A stretch of 64,000 bases of DNA, from positions 57,923-121,922 of the forward strand of contig MGIW01000005.1 of NCBI GenBank assembly GCA_001793945.1. The letters run 5' to 3'. The first letter of the stretch is position 1. Every line of letters begins with the position of its first letter. Below, piece by piece: positions 55,588-64,000 of the stretch. The position numbers were made by a program, and so were the translations under genes. The notes beneath the pieces are model-generated. The model did not search any database. It was given only the letters and a program-made list of their open reading frames with translations, and was not told the origin of the DNA. This DNA is from Candidatus Wolfebacteria bacterium RIFOXYD12_FULL_48_21 (GTDB lineage Bacteria; Patescibacteriota; Minisyncoccia; UBA6257; UBA9933).

Positions 55588-56694
55588 TTACGATGTTTTG
55601 AGATTCTCAATAAGAGCCAGCTCCAGCGGAACGATGGCAAACGGACTGTAGCGCATTTCGGTATAGGCGACGATCAGCGCTTTGACGAGCGCGATGGTTG
55701 CCTTTTCTTCGATCGATTTACTATGGCGTAAAATAGTATCCACTTCGCGGGAAGTATAGAGCTGTCGAAAATCGTGTTCAAGCTTGGGGCTAAAACGAAT
55801 GGCAAGTACGCGCCGATAGTAGTGGATAAGGTCTTTTGCGAACTGCACGATGTTGTGTCCGTCTTCGTGCACGCCATTGATGTTTGCCAGCGCTCCGGCA
55901 AGATCTTTTGTGATGATCAAGTCGACAAGATCGCTGACACGGGAAAATGCAACACGGCCAAGAATACGCTCGACGCTTTCGACGCTGATCGTTTCTTCCA
56001 TTGCGGCGATCTGGTCGAGGAGTGATTCGGCATCGCGAAAACTGCCGTCCGCTCCGGCCGCGATCAATTCAAGTGCTTCTTCATCGAAGGATATTTTTTC
56101 TTCAGATACGATCTTCTTGAGCTTATCGACAAGTTCCTTAAGGGGGACCTTCTTAAAGTGGAACCGCTGCGCGCGCGAGGCTACGGTCGGCGGAACTTTA
56201 TCATATTCGGTGGTCGCTAAAATAAAGATCGCGTGCCGGGGCGGTTCTTCGAGTATTTTGAGGAGCGCGTTGAATGCGTCCTTACTGAGCTGGTGAACTT
56301 CATCGATGATGAATACTTTGTATGTGTAGGAAGACGGGGATAGGAGTGCTCCTTCTTTAAGACTACGGATATCATCGATCCCGCGGGTCGAGGCGGCATC
56401 GATTTCGATGATGTCCATGGCGTTTCCGCTGTCTATTTCGATGCAGGCTTGGCAGGTGTTGCACGGCTCGCCAAGTTTCTTGAATTCGGGATCAGATAGC
56501 CGTTTTTGGCAGTTTGCGATTTTTGCGATCAGGCGTGCGGTGGTCGTCTTACCGCTTCCGCGGGCACCATAAAAAAGATAGGCATGGCTTAACCGATCCG
56601 TTTTTGCGGCATTTTTGATGATACGGATGATGGATTCCTGACCCAAAACATCCTCGAACCGTTTAGGGCGGTATTTGCGATAGAGTGCAAGCAT
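55588..56694 (-). CDS. dnaX: DNA polymerase III subunit gamma/tau, short (gamma-length) form
   Basis: YGARGSGKTTTARLIAK. Zinc module CQKRLSDPEFKKLGEPCNTCQAC. Sensor motifs. 368 aa. Confidence 0.85.
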   Translation of the reverse strand: MLALYRKYRPKRFEDVLGQESIIRIIKNAAKTDRLSHAYLFYGARGSGKTTTARLIAKIANCQKRLSDPEFKKLGEPCNTCQACIEIDSGNAMDIIEIDAASTRGIDDIRSLKEGALLSPSSYTYKVFIIDEVHQLSKDAFNALLKILEEPPRHAIFILATTEYDKVPPTVASRAQRFHFKKVPLKELVDKLKKIVSEEKISFDEEALELIAAGADGSFRDAESLLDQIAAMEETISVESVERILGRVAFSRVSDLVDLIITKDLAGALANINGVHEDGHNIVQFAKDLIHYYRRVLAIRFSPKLEHDFRQLYTSREVDTILRHSKSIEEKATIALVKALIVAYTEMRYSPFAIVPLELALIENLKTS

Positions 56695-56834
56695 GGTATA
56701 TGGAATAATTGTACGCTATGGCAAGGGTATTTGCCAACGCCTTTACAAAATAAAAGAAAATATGTAGCATGCGAATAGACTGTGCGGAAATGCACGACAT
56801 TAACAAACATACAGAGGACGGGAGGACGGTTGCC

Positions 56835-57425
56835 ATGGCACAATCAAAAAGCGCTTTTTGGGGAGGGTTTGTTATGCTGTCAGGGGCAGTACTGCTGATT
56901 CGCGAAGGGCTGGTGCTGATGCGGGGAGTTGGACAGCAAAAGGTATTCGCTGTGATCAGCGGCGTGCTCGAGCTTCCGATTCCGCAGATTGATACCATAC
57001 TGGGCTGGACACTGAATTATGTAGGCGCGCTGGCGGTAGCGGCCATGACATATGGCATCGCGAAGTATACCATGGACAAAAAAGATGCCGTGCTCGGTTT
57101 TGCCGGGTTTGCTATCGGGTTTGGCCTATTGGCTGCCGGTCTCGCAGGTTCGGCGTGGTTTCCTTGGTTGCTCGTGTCATTGGCAACGGGAATGGCGACC
57201 GCATATGCTTCAGAAAAAGCACGCGCATTTCCCGCATCGGAAGTATTTTCCTTGGAGATGGGTGCGATCATCGGTATGACGGCCAGTGTGGCGCTGGAGT
57301 ATGGACTGTTCATGGCCGCCGTGGTGGAGTTCTGGGTCGGCTGCTTGTACTGGGTAGGCGCTCTCGCAGTCGTTCTGCACTTTGAAGGCAAGAAAAACAG
57401 ATACGACGAAGAGGATAGTTGGTAA
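56835..57425 (+). CDS. Hypothetical polytopic membrane protein
   Basis: SD ggagga before the ATG at 56835. Five or six TM helices. Confidence 0.35.
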   Translation: MAQSKSAFWGGFVMLSGAVLLIREGLVLMRGVGQQKVFAVISGVLELPIPQIDTILGWTLNYVGALAVAAMTYGIAKYTMDKKDAVLGFAGFAIGFGLLAAGLAGSAWFPWLLVSLATGMATAYASEKARAFPASEVFSLEMGAIIGMTASVALEYGLFMAAVVEFWVGCLYWVGALAVVLHFEGKKNRYDEEDSW

Positions 57426-57516
57426 AAAGATCAGCACGGCCGGGGAGAAGACTCCGGCAACAAGAAAGGACCTACTACGGTAGGTCCTTTATTTTTGGGC
57501 TTTTTTGGCGTACAAT

Positions 57517-58845
57517 TTTCGTATTATGGTAGATATTAAATACATTAGGGATAATGTGGAAGCGGTCAAAGGTGCCATTAAAAACAAGCACATTGACCTT
57601 AATTTGGATGAATTATTGGAAGCGGACAAGACGCGTGTCGATTTGCAACAGAAGGTCGAGCGGTTGAGCGCATTGAAGAACGAACTGAATGAGCGCATGA
57701 AAACAGCATCGGCAGATGAGCGGGGACCGATCATCGAAGAAGGGAAAAAGGTAAAGGAAGATCTGCTTGCCGCCGAGCCGGCCTATCGCGAAGCAAAGCA
57801 GAAGTTTGATGAACTGATGGTACGCGTGCCGACCGTACCGTCGAGCGATACGCCGCTCGGCGCGAGCGATGCGGACAATGTGGAAATCTACCGTTGGGGC
57901 GAGCCGAAAAAGTTCGATTTCGAACCGAAAGATCATGTGCAATTGGCGCAGGAGCTCGACATTATCGATTTTGAAAAGGGCGCCAAGGTAAGCGGATATC
58001 GCGGGTATTATTTGAAAAACGAAGGCACGCAGTTGGTAATGGCGTTAATGATGTACGCCGTCAACAAAATGGCGCAAAAAGGATACACGCCCATGATCCC
58101 GCCGACATTGGTCAAAGGGTTCTCGTTGTTCGGAAGCGGGTACTTCAAAGGAATGGATTACGACCCGGAAGTGGACGAGATCTACCAAATAGCGACATCG
58201 GACAAAGATGCCGAAGGCGCAACCGCAAAAGATAAAAAGTTTTTGGTCGGAACCGCCGAGCCGTCATTGCTTGCATATTATTCGGACGAAGTGTTAAAGG
58301 AAGAGCAGCTGCCGATTCGTTTGGCAGGGTACAGCCAGTGCTATCGCAGTGAAATAGGAAGCTACGGCAAAGATACGAAGGGCATGTATCGCGTGCACGA
58401 GTTCATGAAGGTAGAGCAGGTGGTCATCGCCAAAGCAGATGCAGAAGAAGCGAACAAGCTTCAGCAGGAGATGATGGATATCTCGCGCGAGATGCACGAG
58501 GAGCTTGGTTTGCCGTATCGGCAGATACAGATCTGTGCGGGCGACATGAGCGCAGGCAAGTTTCGCGCATTCGATATAGAGGCATGGATGCCGGGCCTGA
58601 ACCGTTGGGGTGAAACCGGGTCGGCGAGCAACTTTGTCGATTGGCAGGCGCGCCGCCTGAATGTAAAATATGTCGATGCGAACGGCGAGCGGAAATATGT
58701 GTATATGTTGAACAACACGGCATTGCCGAGCCCGCGCAGCTTCATAGCGGTGCTGGAGAATTACCAGCAAGCCGATGGCAGTATAGTGATTCCCGAGGTC
58801 TTGCAAAAATACACGGGATTCGCCAAAATAGAAAGACGCAAATAA
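57517..58845 (+). CDS. serS: Seryl-tRNA synthetase
   Basis: N-terminal MVDIKYIRDN coiled-coil arm. Class II motifs (FRxE-like RSEIGS, GLPYRQIQICAGDMSAGKFRAFDIE). A TTG 21 nt upstream is an alternative start. Confidence 0.9.
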   Translation, partial: FRIMVDIKYIRDNVEAVKGAIKNKHIDLNLDELLEADKTRVDLQQKVERLSALKNELNERMKTASADERGPIIEEGKKVKEDLLAAEPAYREAKQKFDELMVRVPTVPSSDTPLGASDADNVEIYRWGEPKKFDFEPKDHVQLAQELDIIDFEKGAKVSGYRGYYLKNEGTQLVMALMMYAVNKMAQKGYTPMIPPTLVKGFSLFGSGYFKGMDYDPEVDEIYQIATSDKDAEGATAKDKKFLVGTAEPSLLAYYSDEVLKEEQLPIRLAGYSQCYRSEIGSYGKDTKGMYRVHEFMKVEQVVIAKADAEEANKLQQEMMDISREMHEELGLPYRQIQICAGDMSAGKFRAFDIEAWMPGLNRWGETGSASNFVDWQARRLNVKYVDANGERKYVYMLNNTALPSPRSFIAVLENYQQADGSIVIPEVLQKYTGFAKIERRK

Positions 58846-59069
58846 TCTTGCGATGCAAACCGCCTGTGAGGGGCGGTTCTGTATGCCAGTGTAGCTTCGT
58901 TGCGACTTGCCGTTGCTAGTGATCCGCCAGCGGGCGGAGAATGTGCAACGCGGCGGAGTGTCGGTTGCGCATTCGTTTTTCGCGCAACCGACGAGAGCAC
59001 TGTGCCCGACAGGGCGCTTGCGAATAGCGAACAGAGAGGAGCATTGAAAATTTGGAAAGCGGGGTAATT

Positions 59070-59142
59070 CGCCAGTGTAGCTCAGTTGGTAGAGCAACGC
59101 ACTCGTAACGCGTAGGTCGCCGGTTCGATTCCGGCCACTGGC
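59070..59142 (+). tRNA. tRNA-Thr (anticodon CGT)
   Basis: Acceptor GCCAGTG/CACTGGC. Loop CTCGTAA. T-arm GCCGGTTCGATTCCGGC. Confidence 0.8.
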
Positions 59143-59144
59143 TC

Positions 59145-59513
59145 ATGGAGAGGATAGCAATAAATGTATTGGCAATTAGGGATAATGAGATTCTTCTTGT
59201 AAAAAAGAATGAAACTTGGATTTTGCCGGGAGGAAAACCGATGGAAGGGGAATCCGATACAGATTGCTTACTCAGAGAGGTAAAGGAGGAGTTGCCATTA
59301 GTGGAAGTCTCAAACATTAGATACTTTAATGATTTTGTCGGTATTACGCCGCATAAGGGAGACATGCTACGCGCGAAAGTATATTGGGGCGATGTGGAAG
59401 GGGAAATTAAACCGAATGCCGAAATCAATTCGGCGCAGTGGGTAAAAAGAGAGAAAATGGAAGAATATGCATTAAGCGACATTACACAAAAAATAGTTAA
59501 TGCGTTGAAATAA
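59145..59513 (+). CDS. NUDIX hydrolase
   Basis: Nudix box [21 protein letters not shown]. The start codon abuts the tRNA-Thr 3' end. Confidence 0.7.
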   Translation: MERIAINVLAIRDNEILLVKKNETWILPGGKPMEGESDTDCLLREVKEELPLVEVSNIRYFNDFVGITPHKGDMLRAKVYWGDVEGEIKPNAEINSAQWVKREKMEEYALSDITQKIVNALK

Positions 59514-59518
59514 AAATC

Positions 59519-60604
59519 ATGACAGAAGAATCAAAACGACAACTCGAAGACATTAAAACAGAAGCCGCTCACTTGCGCGCTTCTTTTGATATTGAAACAA
59601 AGGCGAACCGCGTAAAGGAGTTGGAATACGAAATGGGTGATCCTGATTTTTGGAACAACAGGGAAAATGCGGATGCGAAGATCAAGGAATTGGGCGAGGT
59701 GAATGAGATGGTAAAAAAGTTCAAGGAAATAGGCGAAGATATCGAGATGATCGAATTGTTGGCGGGAGATAAGAAAGAAGACGAAGAGATTGCAACCGCG
59801 TTAGCTGCATTAAAAAAGAAGCTGCAGAAGATCGAGATAGAAAAACTGTTCAGCGGGAAATACGACATGCAATCGGCTATCATCACGATTCAGGCAGGGG
59901 CTGGAGGAAACGAGTCTGAAGATTGGGCAGGTATGTTGTGCGAAATGTACGAAGGCTATGCCCGCCGCCGCGGTTGGAAGTTTACAATCATCGATGAAAG
60001 CGAAGGGGAACAATCCAAGACGGCGCGCCACGCATACAAGGGAGTGACCTTTGAAGTAAAAGGAAAATATGCCTATGGGTATTTAAAAAAGGAATACGGC
60101 GTACATCGGCTGGTTCGCATCTCGCCGTTTTCCGCCGAAGATAAGCGGCATACATCGTTTTGCTTGGTCGAGGTTATGCCCGATTTGCCGCAGGTAGACA
60201 TGGAAGGATTCATCATTCCGGAAGACGACCTGAAGGTCGAGTTTTCGCGTGCCGGAGGTCCGGGCGGACAGAATGTGAACAAGGTGGAAACCGCGGTGCG
60301 CATCACGCATGTGCCGACAGGGCTCGTGTCATCATCGCGCGTAGAGCGTTCGCAAATGGCGAACCGCCAATTGGCTATGAATCTTTTGCGCGCGCGTTTG
60401 GTGAAATTAATGGAAGAACAGCAGGCAAAGGAAGTGGGAGATCTTAAAACGCGAACGAAGGTAGAGTGGGGAAGTCAGATTCGTTCTTATGTGTTGAACC
60501 CGTACAAGATGGTCAAGGATCATCGCACGGGAGTGGAAACATCGCAGGCGGAGCGGGTATTGGGTGGAGAACTGGATGAATTCATCGATGCGGAATTGGG
60601 ATGA
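59519..60604 (+). CDS. prfB: Peptide chain release factor 2, encoded without programmed frameshift
   Basis: SPF motif (RISPFSAED). GGQ ([25 protein letters not shown]). A single uninterrupted 361-aa ORF. Confidence 0.85.
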   Translation: MTEESKRQLEDIKTEAAHLRASFDIETKANRVKELEYEMGDPDFWNNRENADAKIKELGEVNEMVKKFKEIGEDIEMIELLAGDKKEDEEIATALAALKKKLQKIEIEKLFSGKYDMQSAIITIQAGAGGNESEDWAGMLCEMYEGYARRRGWKFTIIDESEGEQSKTARHAYKGVTFEVKGKYAYGYLKKEYGVHRLVRISPFSAEDKRHTSFCLVEVMPDLPQVDMEGFIIPEDDLKVEFSRAGGPGGQNVNKVETAVRITHVPTGLVSSSRVERSQMANRQLAMNLLRARLVKLMEEQQAKEVGDLKTRTKVEWGSQIRSYVLNPYKMVKDHRTGVETSQAERVLGGELDEFIDAELG

Positions 60605-60771
60605 TAAAAAACGGCTAAACATATAGCCGTTTTTTGTCGTTGGACACGGTCGGCGCGAATTTGGTATACTAAAAAGACTATTGAGAGGTAGTGCAGGATA
60701 GATTCCTGTGTTCGTAGGAAGGATAATAAACGGAATCAGTTCATAATTCTTGATTCTTTATTCGTGCCATT

Positions 60772-61464
60772 ATGATTATTTTTCAAAATGTTACCAAGAT
60801 CTACAAGATGGACGACCATGAAACGGTCGCCGTGGAAGACATCAATCTACACATTCATCAAAAGGAATTCGTTTCCATGGTGGGGAAGTCGGGAGCGGGA
60901 AAGTCTACGCTGATTAAATTGCTCACCGGCGAAGAAAAGCCGACCAAGGGGAAAGTGAGTTTTGGTTCATATAATGTAAACAAGCTGAAGCCGAATGAAT
61001 TGCCGTTTTTGCGTCGAAAGATGGGGGTTATTTTTCAGGACTTCCGATTGTTGCCGAACAAAAACGCATACGAAAATGTAGCATTTGCATTGGAGGTGGC
61101 CGGCAGAACCCAGCAGGAGATCATGGAGTTCGTACCGCAGGCGCTTGAAATGGTGGGGCTAAAAGACAAAATGCGCAATTTTCCGCGCGAACTGTCGGGT
61201 GGTGAAAAACAGCGCGTGGCCATTGCCCGCGCCATGATCAATCACCCCGATGTGATCATCGCCGACGAGCCTACCGGAAATCTTGACCCGGTCAACACAT
61301 GGGAAATTCTCAAGCTTTTGTTGAAGATCAACGAGCTGGGAACGACCGTCATTTTGACGACGCATAACAAAGACATTGTGAATAGCATCAATAAACGGGT
61401 GATCAGCGTGGAAGACGGTCGGATCATCCGGGACGAAGAAGAAGGAAAGTATATATTGGTATAA
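60772..61464 (+). CDS. ftsE: Cell division ATP-binding protein FtsE
   Basis: Walker A GKSGAGKST. Signature LSGGEKQRVAIARA. Directly upstream of ftsX. Confidence 0.85.
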   Translation: MIIFQNVTKIYKMDDHETVAVEDINLHIHQKEFVSMVGKSGAGKSTLIKLLTGEEKPTKGKVSFGSYNVNKLKPNELPFLRRKMGVIFQDFRLLPNKNAYENVAFALEVAGRTQQEIMEFVPQALEMVGLKDKMRNFPRELSGGEKQRVAIARAMINHPDVIIADEPTGNLDPVNTWEILKLLLKINELGTTVILTTHNKDIVNSINKRVISVEDGRIIRDEEEGKYILV

Positions 61465-61526
61465 CTCAAAGGTTTGAATTTAAATCAAAGACAGTGACTT
61501 CGAAAAGTAAAATCGCTTGCCACATG

Positions 61527-61562
61527 TTTTAAATTTTAAATTTTAAATTTTAAATTTTTAAG
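61527..61562. repeat. (TTTTAAA)n-type AT-rich tandem repeat
   Basis: ttttaaattttaaattttaaattttaaatttttaag. Confidence 0.7.
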
Positions 61563-62471
61563 ATGCTCACTACACTCTCACGCGTTATCAAATATGGACT
61601 GGTTGGTTTTTGGAGGAATGGCTGGTTGTCTACCGCGACAATCGCCATAGTCTTCTTGGTGCTGGTTGGCTTCGGCGGACTGCTGATGTTCAACTCATTG
61701 GCAAATATCGTATTGGCGGACATACAGGACAAAATAGACATCAGCATCTATTTCAAGGTAGACGCGCCCGAGGATCGCATATTGGAAGTACAGCGCGCGC
61801 TTGAAAGCCTGCCAGAAGTAAAAGAAGTGGAATATGTATCCCGCGATGTGGCATTGGAAACATTCCGGGAACAGCACAAGGATGACCCGACGGTTTCGCA
61901 GGCATTGGAAGCGCTTGATGAAAATCCACTTGCCGCAGCCATCAATATCAAAGCGCGTGAGCTGAAAGATTACGAAGCGATTGCCGGATACCTTGATAAG
62001 GAATCATATAAGGACATTACCGACAAGATATCCTATGCGCAAAACATTGGCGTTATAGACCGCCTGAAGAGCATTAAAAGCACGGTAGAGCAGGGAGGAT
62101 TGTTGCTCATCATATTCATCAGTCTTGTAGCCGCGCTGATCATATTCAATACCATTCGCCTTGCGATCTATTCGAATCGCGAAGAGCTTGCGGTCATGCG
62201 ATTGGTAGGCGCTTCGAACTTCTTCATCCGGGGACCGTATATGATCGAAGGGATCATCTACGGCGTAGTGGGAAGTGTTATGAGCGTGGCAATGGTCACG
62301 ATAGGCGTATTCTATGCCGCGCCGTATGTAAAGATATTTGTACCGGACATCAACGGCTGGGCATATTACCTTTCAAACTTTTTCATGTTCATGTCCGCGC
62401 AGATATTCTTTGGCGTTGGACTGGGTGTAATCTCGAGTTACATCGCAGTTAGAAAATATTTGAAGATATAA
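61563..62471 (+). CDS. ftsX: Cell division permease FtsX
   Basis: Large extracytoplasmic loop between TM1 and the C-terminal 3-TM bundle. 302 aa. Downstream of ftsE. Confidence 0.8.
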   Translation: MLTTLSRVIKYGLVGFWRNGWLSTATIAIVFLVLVGFGGLLMFNSLANIVLADIQDKIDISIYFKVDAPEDRILEVQRALESLPEVKEVEYVSRDVALETFREQHKDDPTVSQALEALDENPLAAAINIKARELKDYEAIAGYLDKESYKDITDKISYAQNIGVIDRLKSIKSTVEQGGLLLIIFISLVAALIIFNTIRLAIYSNREELAVMRLVGASNFFIRGPYMIEGIIYGVVGSVMSVAMVTIGVFYAAPYVKIFVPDINGWAYYLSNFFMFMSAQIFFGVGLGVISSYIAVRKYLKI

Positions 62472-62472
62472 T

Positions 62473-62497
62473 AAAAAGCCCCGAAAGGGGCTTTTGT
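62473..62497. terminator. Bidirectional terminator
   Basis: aaaaagccccgaaaggggctttt. Confidence 0.65.
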
Positions 62498-62522
62498 GCA
62501 CGCAGGGCATAAGTCCGTTGCC

Positions 62523-63104
62523 CTACGATGTAAAGAGTATGGCTATATATCGTATCGCCTCCGCTTTCTCTTTGCTGCCATATGGCACCGACTTGTATGC
62601 TTCAAGCATTTCCGCAAGCGTAGCGCAATAGGATAGCCGCTTGCGCATAGCCGCAAGGCTTTCGGGACTCTTGAGTGGCGCGTTCGTCTGCGCTTCGCAG
62701 GCTTCCGCAAGATCACTCGCTCGTTCTATCTCGGCGGCTGAAAGTTTTCGCCACCTGCGCAACGCTTCCGTCTGAATGACGCTTTTGTTGGGGGTGTAAT
62801 GGAATACTATCCGCGCCTGTTTGGCGGTAGTGCAGAGAGCGAGCCAAATAAGAATCAGATCAACCTCTTCCTGACTCCCGTGGGGTACGCACCGATATTT
62901 TTGCAGTGCCTCTTCGAATGTACTGATCGGTTGAATGTGGGGCGGAGGCAAAAGTCCTAAAGCGCTGACAATGAGATCGATAGGGATGTCGGTCTTTTCC
63001 CCCATGATGCAGATCTGTTCCGGAGTAAGCATGGAATATCCTCCAAATGTAAAGGTTGCTGGGTCGAATGGGTGCTGACTTCTTGATACCATATGGCTCA
63101 GCAT
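62523..63104 (-). CDS. Hypothetical protein with an internal tandem duplication
   Basis: EEALQKYRCVPHGSQEEVDLILIWLAL and AEMLEAYKSVPYGSKEKAEAIRYIAIL are paralogous halves. Confidence 0.3.
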   Translation of the reverse strand: MLSHMVSRSQHPFDPATFTFGGYSMLTPEQICIMGEKTDIPIDLIVSALGLLPPPHIQPISTFEEALQKYRCVPHGSQEEVDLILIWLALCTTAKQARIVFHYTPNKSVIQTEALRRWRKLSAAEIERASDLAEACEAQTNAPLKSPESLAAMRKRLSYCATLAEMLEAYKSVPYGSKEKAEAIRYIAILFTS

Positions 63105-63148
63105 TTGTAAACGAAGCTAAAAAAGCGCGCCATATGGCGCGCTTTTCG

Positions 63149-64000
63149 TTACTGAAGATGATAGATAAAGATCGATGTGCCGGCACGGGCATCGGGGTCG
63201 TAGGGTGACCGTTCTTTTACGAGCCACGGGTATTCATCTTCCGGCTTGCGATAAAACCCGGGTGCGGTTGGTGCGATGGCGTTTTGCAGATTGTTGATCG
63301 AAATGGCGAGCCATTCGATGCCCTCCTGCTTTGGATCGCCCATGGTAGAGTTCCAATCTACAGCCTTGTCTCCTAAATAGTAATGCACGCTGCCGCCGCC
63401 GAAGTAGTTGACGGCGATCTTGTCGATATTGTGTTCTTCGGTAAATTGGGCGAGCCGCTTAAGGTCTTGGCCCCAATCATAATTCGAATCGGTTACGATG
63501 CGGTAGCCGTTAGGCGTGCCACCGGCAAGCGTATTGAAGTATGAAATGAAGTAGGGGCCGGTCAAAAGCGATTCGGCGATGTACCACACGACAAAGAAAA
63601 TGACGGCAGCCGTTTTGAAGGACGATTTGACCATACCAACGATGGCGGTCATGAGGTTGCGGAACAACCCTTGCGTAAAATCGAAATCCTGTCGCGTCCA
63701 CCGTTTGATGCGTCCGGCGGCGATGATGTACATAAGCGGAATGGTCGGCAACACATGTCTGATGCCGATGTTGAGCGGACTCTTCATGCTGTAGGCCCAG
63801 TAAAGCACGATGAACGAAAGCATGGAAAACTCGGCGAAGTTCAAATTAACATAGGTAAAGAAGCGATCCTTGAGACTGGCTGGTCCGCGGAAGTTTTTAA
63901 GGAATGAACCGATGCCGAGCAATAGTGCAAAACCAAGAAGGATGAGCGACGGCAGTGGTTCCTTGTAGAAGAACACGACAGGGAAGTAATACCACCAACC
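63149..64000 (-). CDS. Membrane protein, C-terminal part; glycosyltransferase GT39/PMT_2-like? The 5' end lies beyond the window.
   Basis: The ORF runs off the window edge. TM-rich with a large soluble C-terminal domain (YDWGQDLKRLAQFTEEH). Confidence 0.3.
   Translation of the reverse strand, partial: GWWYYFPVVFFYKEPLPSLILLGFALLLGIGSFLKNFRGPASLKDRFFTYVNLNFAEFSMLSFIVLYWAYSMKSPLNIGIRHVLPTIPLMYIIAAGRIKRWTRQDFDFTQGLFRNLMTAIVGMVKSSFKTAAVIFFVVWYIAESLLTGPYFISYFNTLAGGTPNGYRIVTDSNYDWGQDLKRLAQFTEEHNIDKIAVNYFGGGSVHYYLGDKAVDWNSTMGDPKQEGIEWLAISINNLQNAIAPTAPGFYRKPEDEYPWLVKERSPYDPDARAGTSIFIYHLQ

Noticed and set aside
57496-57516. TTG-initiated 7-codon N-terminal extension of serS (MAYNFRI), as in the ORF track.
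   Set aside because: The ATG at 57517 gives the canonical SerRS N-terminus MVDIKYIR. The extension is kept only as an alternative.
2981-58945. Possibility that the GTCATTCC...GGAATCCAG repeats form a CRISPR array.
   Set aside because: Copies are scattered singly or in irregular clusters across 56 kb. They vary in length and orientation and are not separated by uniform-length unique spacers. No cas genes are present.

Overview
The window reads as a compact, gene-dense bacterial chromosomal segment of about 48-50% GC using the standard genetic code; TGA is used as a stop and RF2 is present.

Housekeeping genes dominate. They include a class II ribonucleotide reductase, ileS, rny, hup, pyk, cca, an RpoD-family sigma factor, recQ, lepA, cysS, dnaX, serS, prfB and ftsEX. 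There are eight tRNA genes.

The mix of a reduced metabolic repertoire, many secreted, coiled-coil or membrane hypotheticals, a DsbA plus VKOR pair, a pyruvate kinase lacking its C-terminal domain and a short gamma-only dnaX points to a small-genome, Patescibacteria/CPR-like organism. That placement is inference only.

Three short repeat families (one palindromic, one AT-rich, one GT-rich) are scattered through the intergenic regions.

The findings I rank highest are:
- an in-frame histidine-phosphatase (PGAM-like, RHGE motif) domain inserted inside isoleucyl-tRNA synthetase;
- an AbiEii-type nucleotidyltransferase two-gene module bracketed by 58-bp direct repeats that duplicate the 3' end of the upstream gene;
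- a compositionally mosaic island immediately downstream of tRNA-Ser, carrying an orphan MazF/PemK-like toxin and a truncated paralogous fragment of it;
- a free-standing double-motif LAGLIDADG homing-endonuclease gene next to lepA;
- a tRNA-Arg 3'-end duplicate with a duplicated trailer;
- a palindromic repeat element sitting in-frame inside an rpe-like gene.

I found no CRISPR array, integrase, transposase or rRNA.
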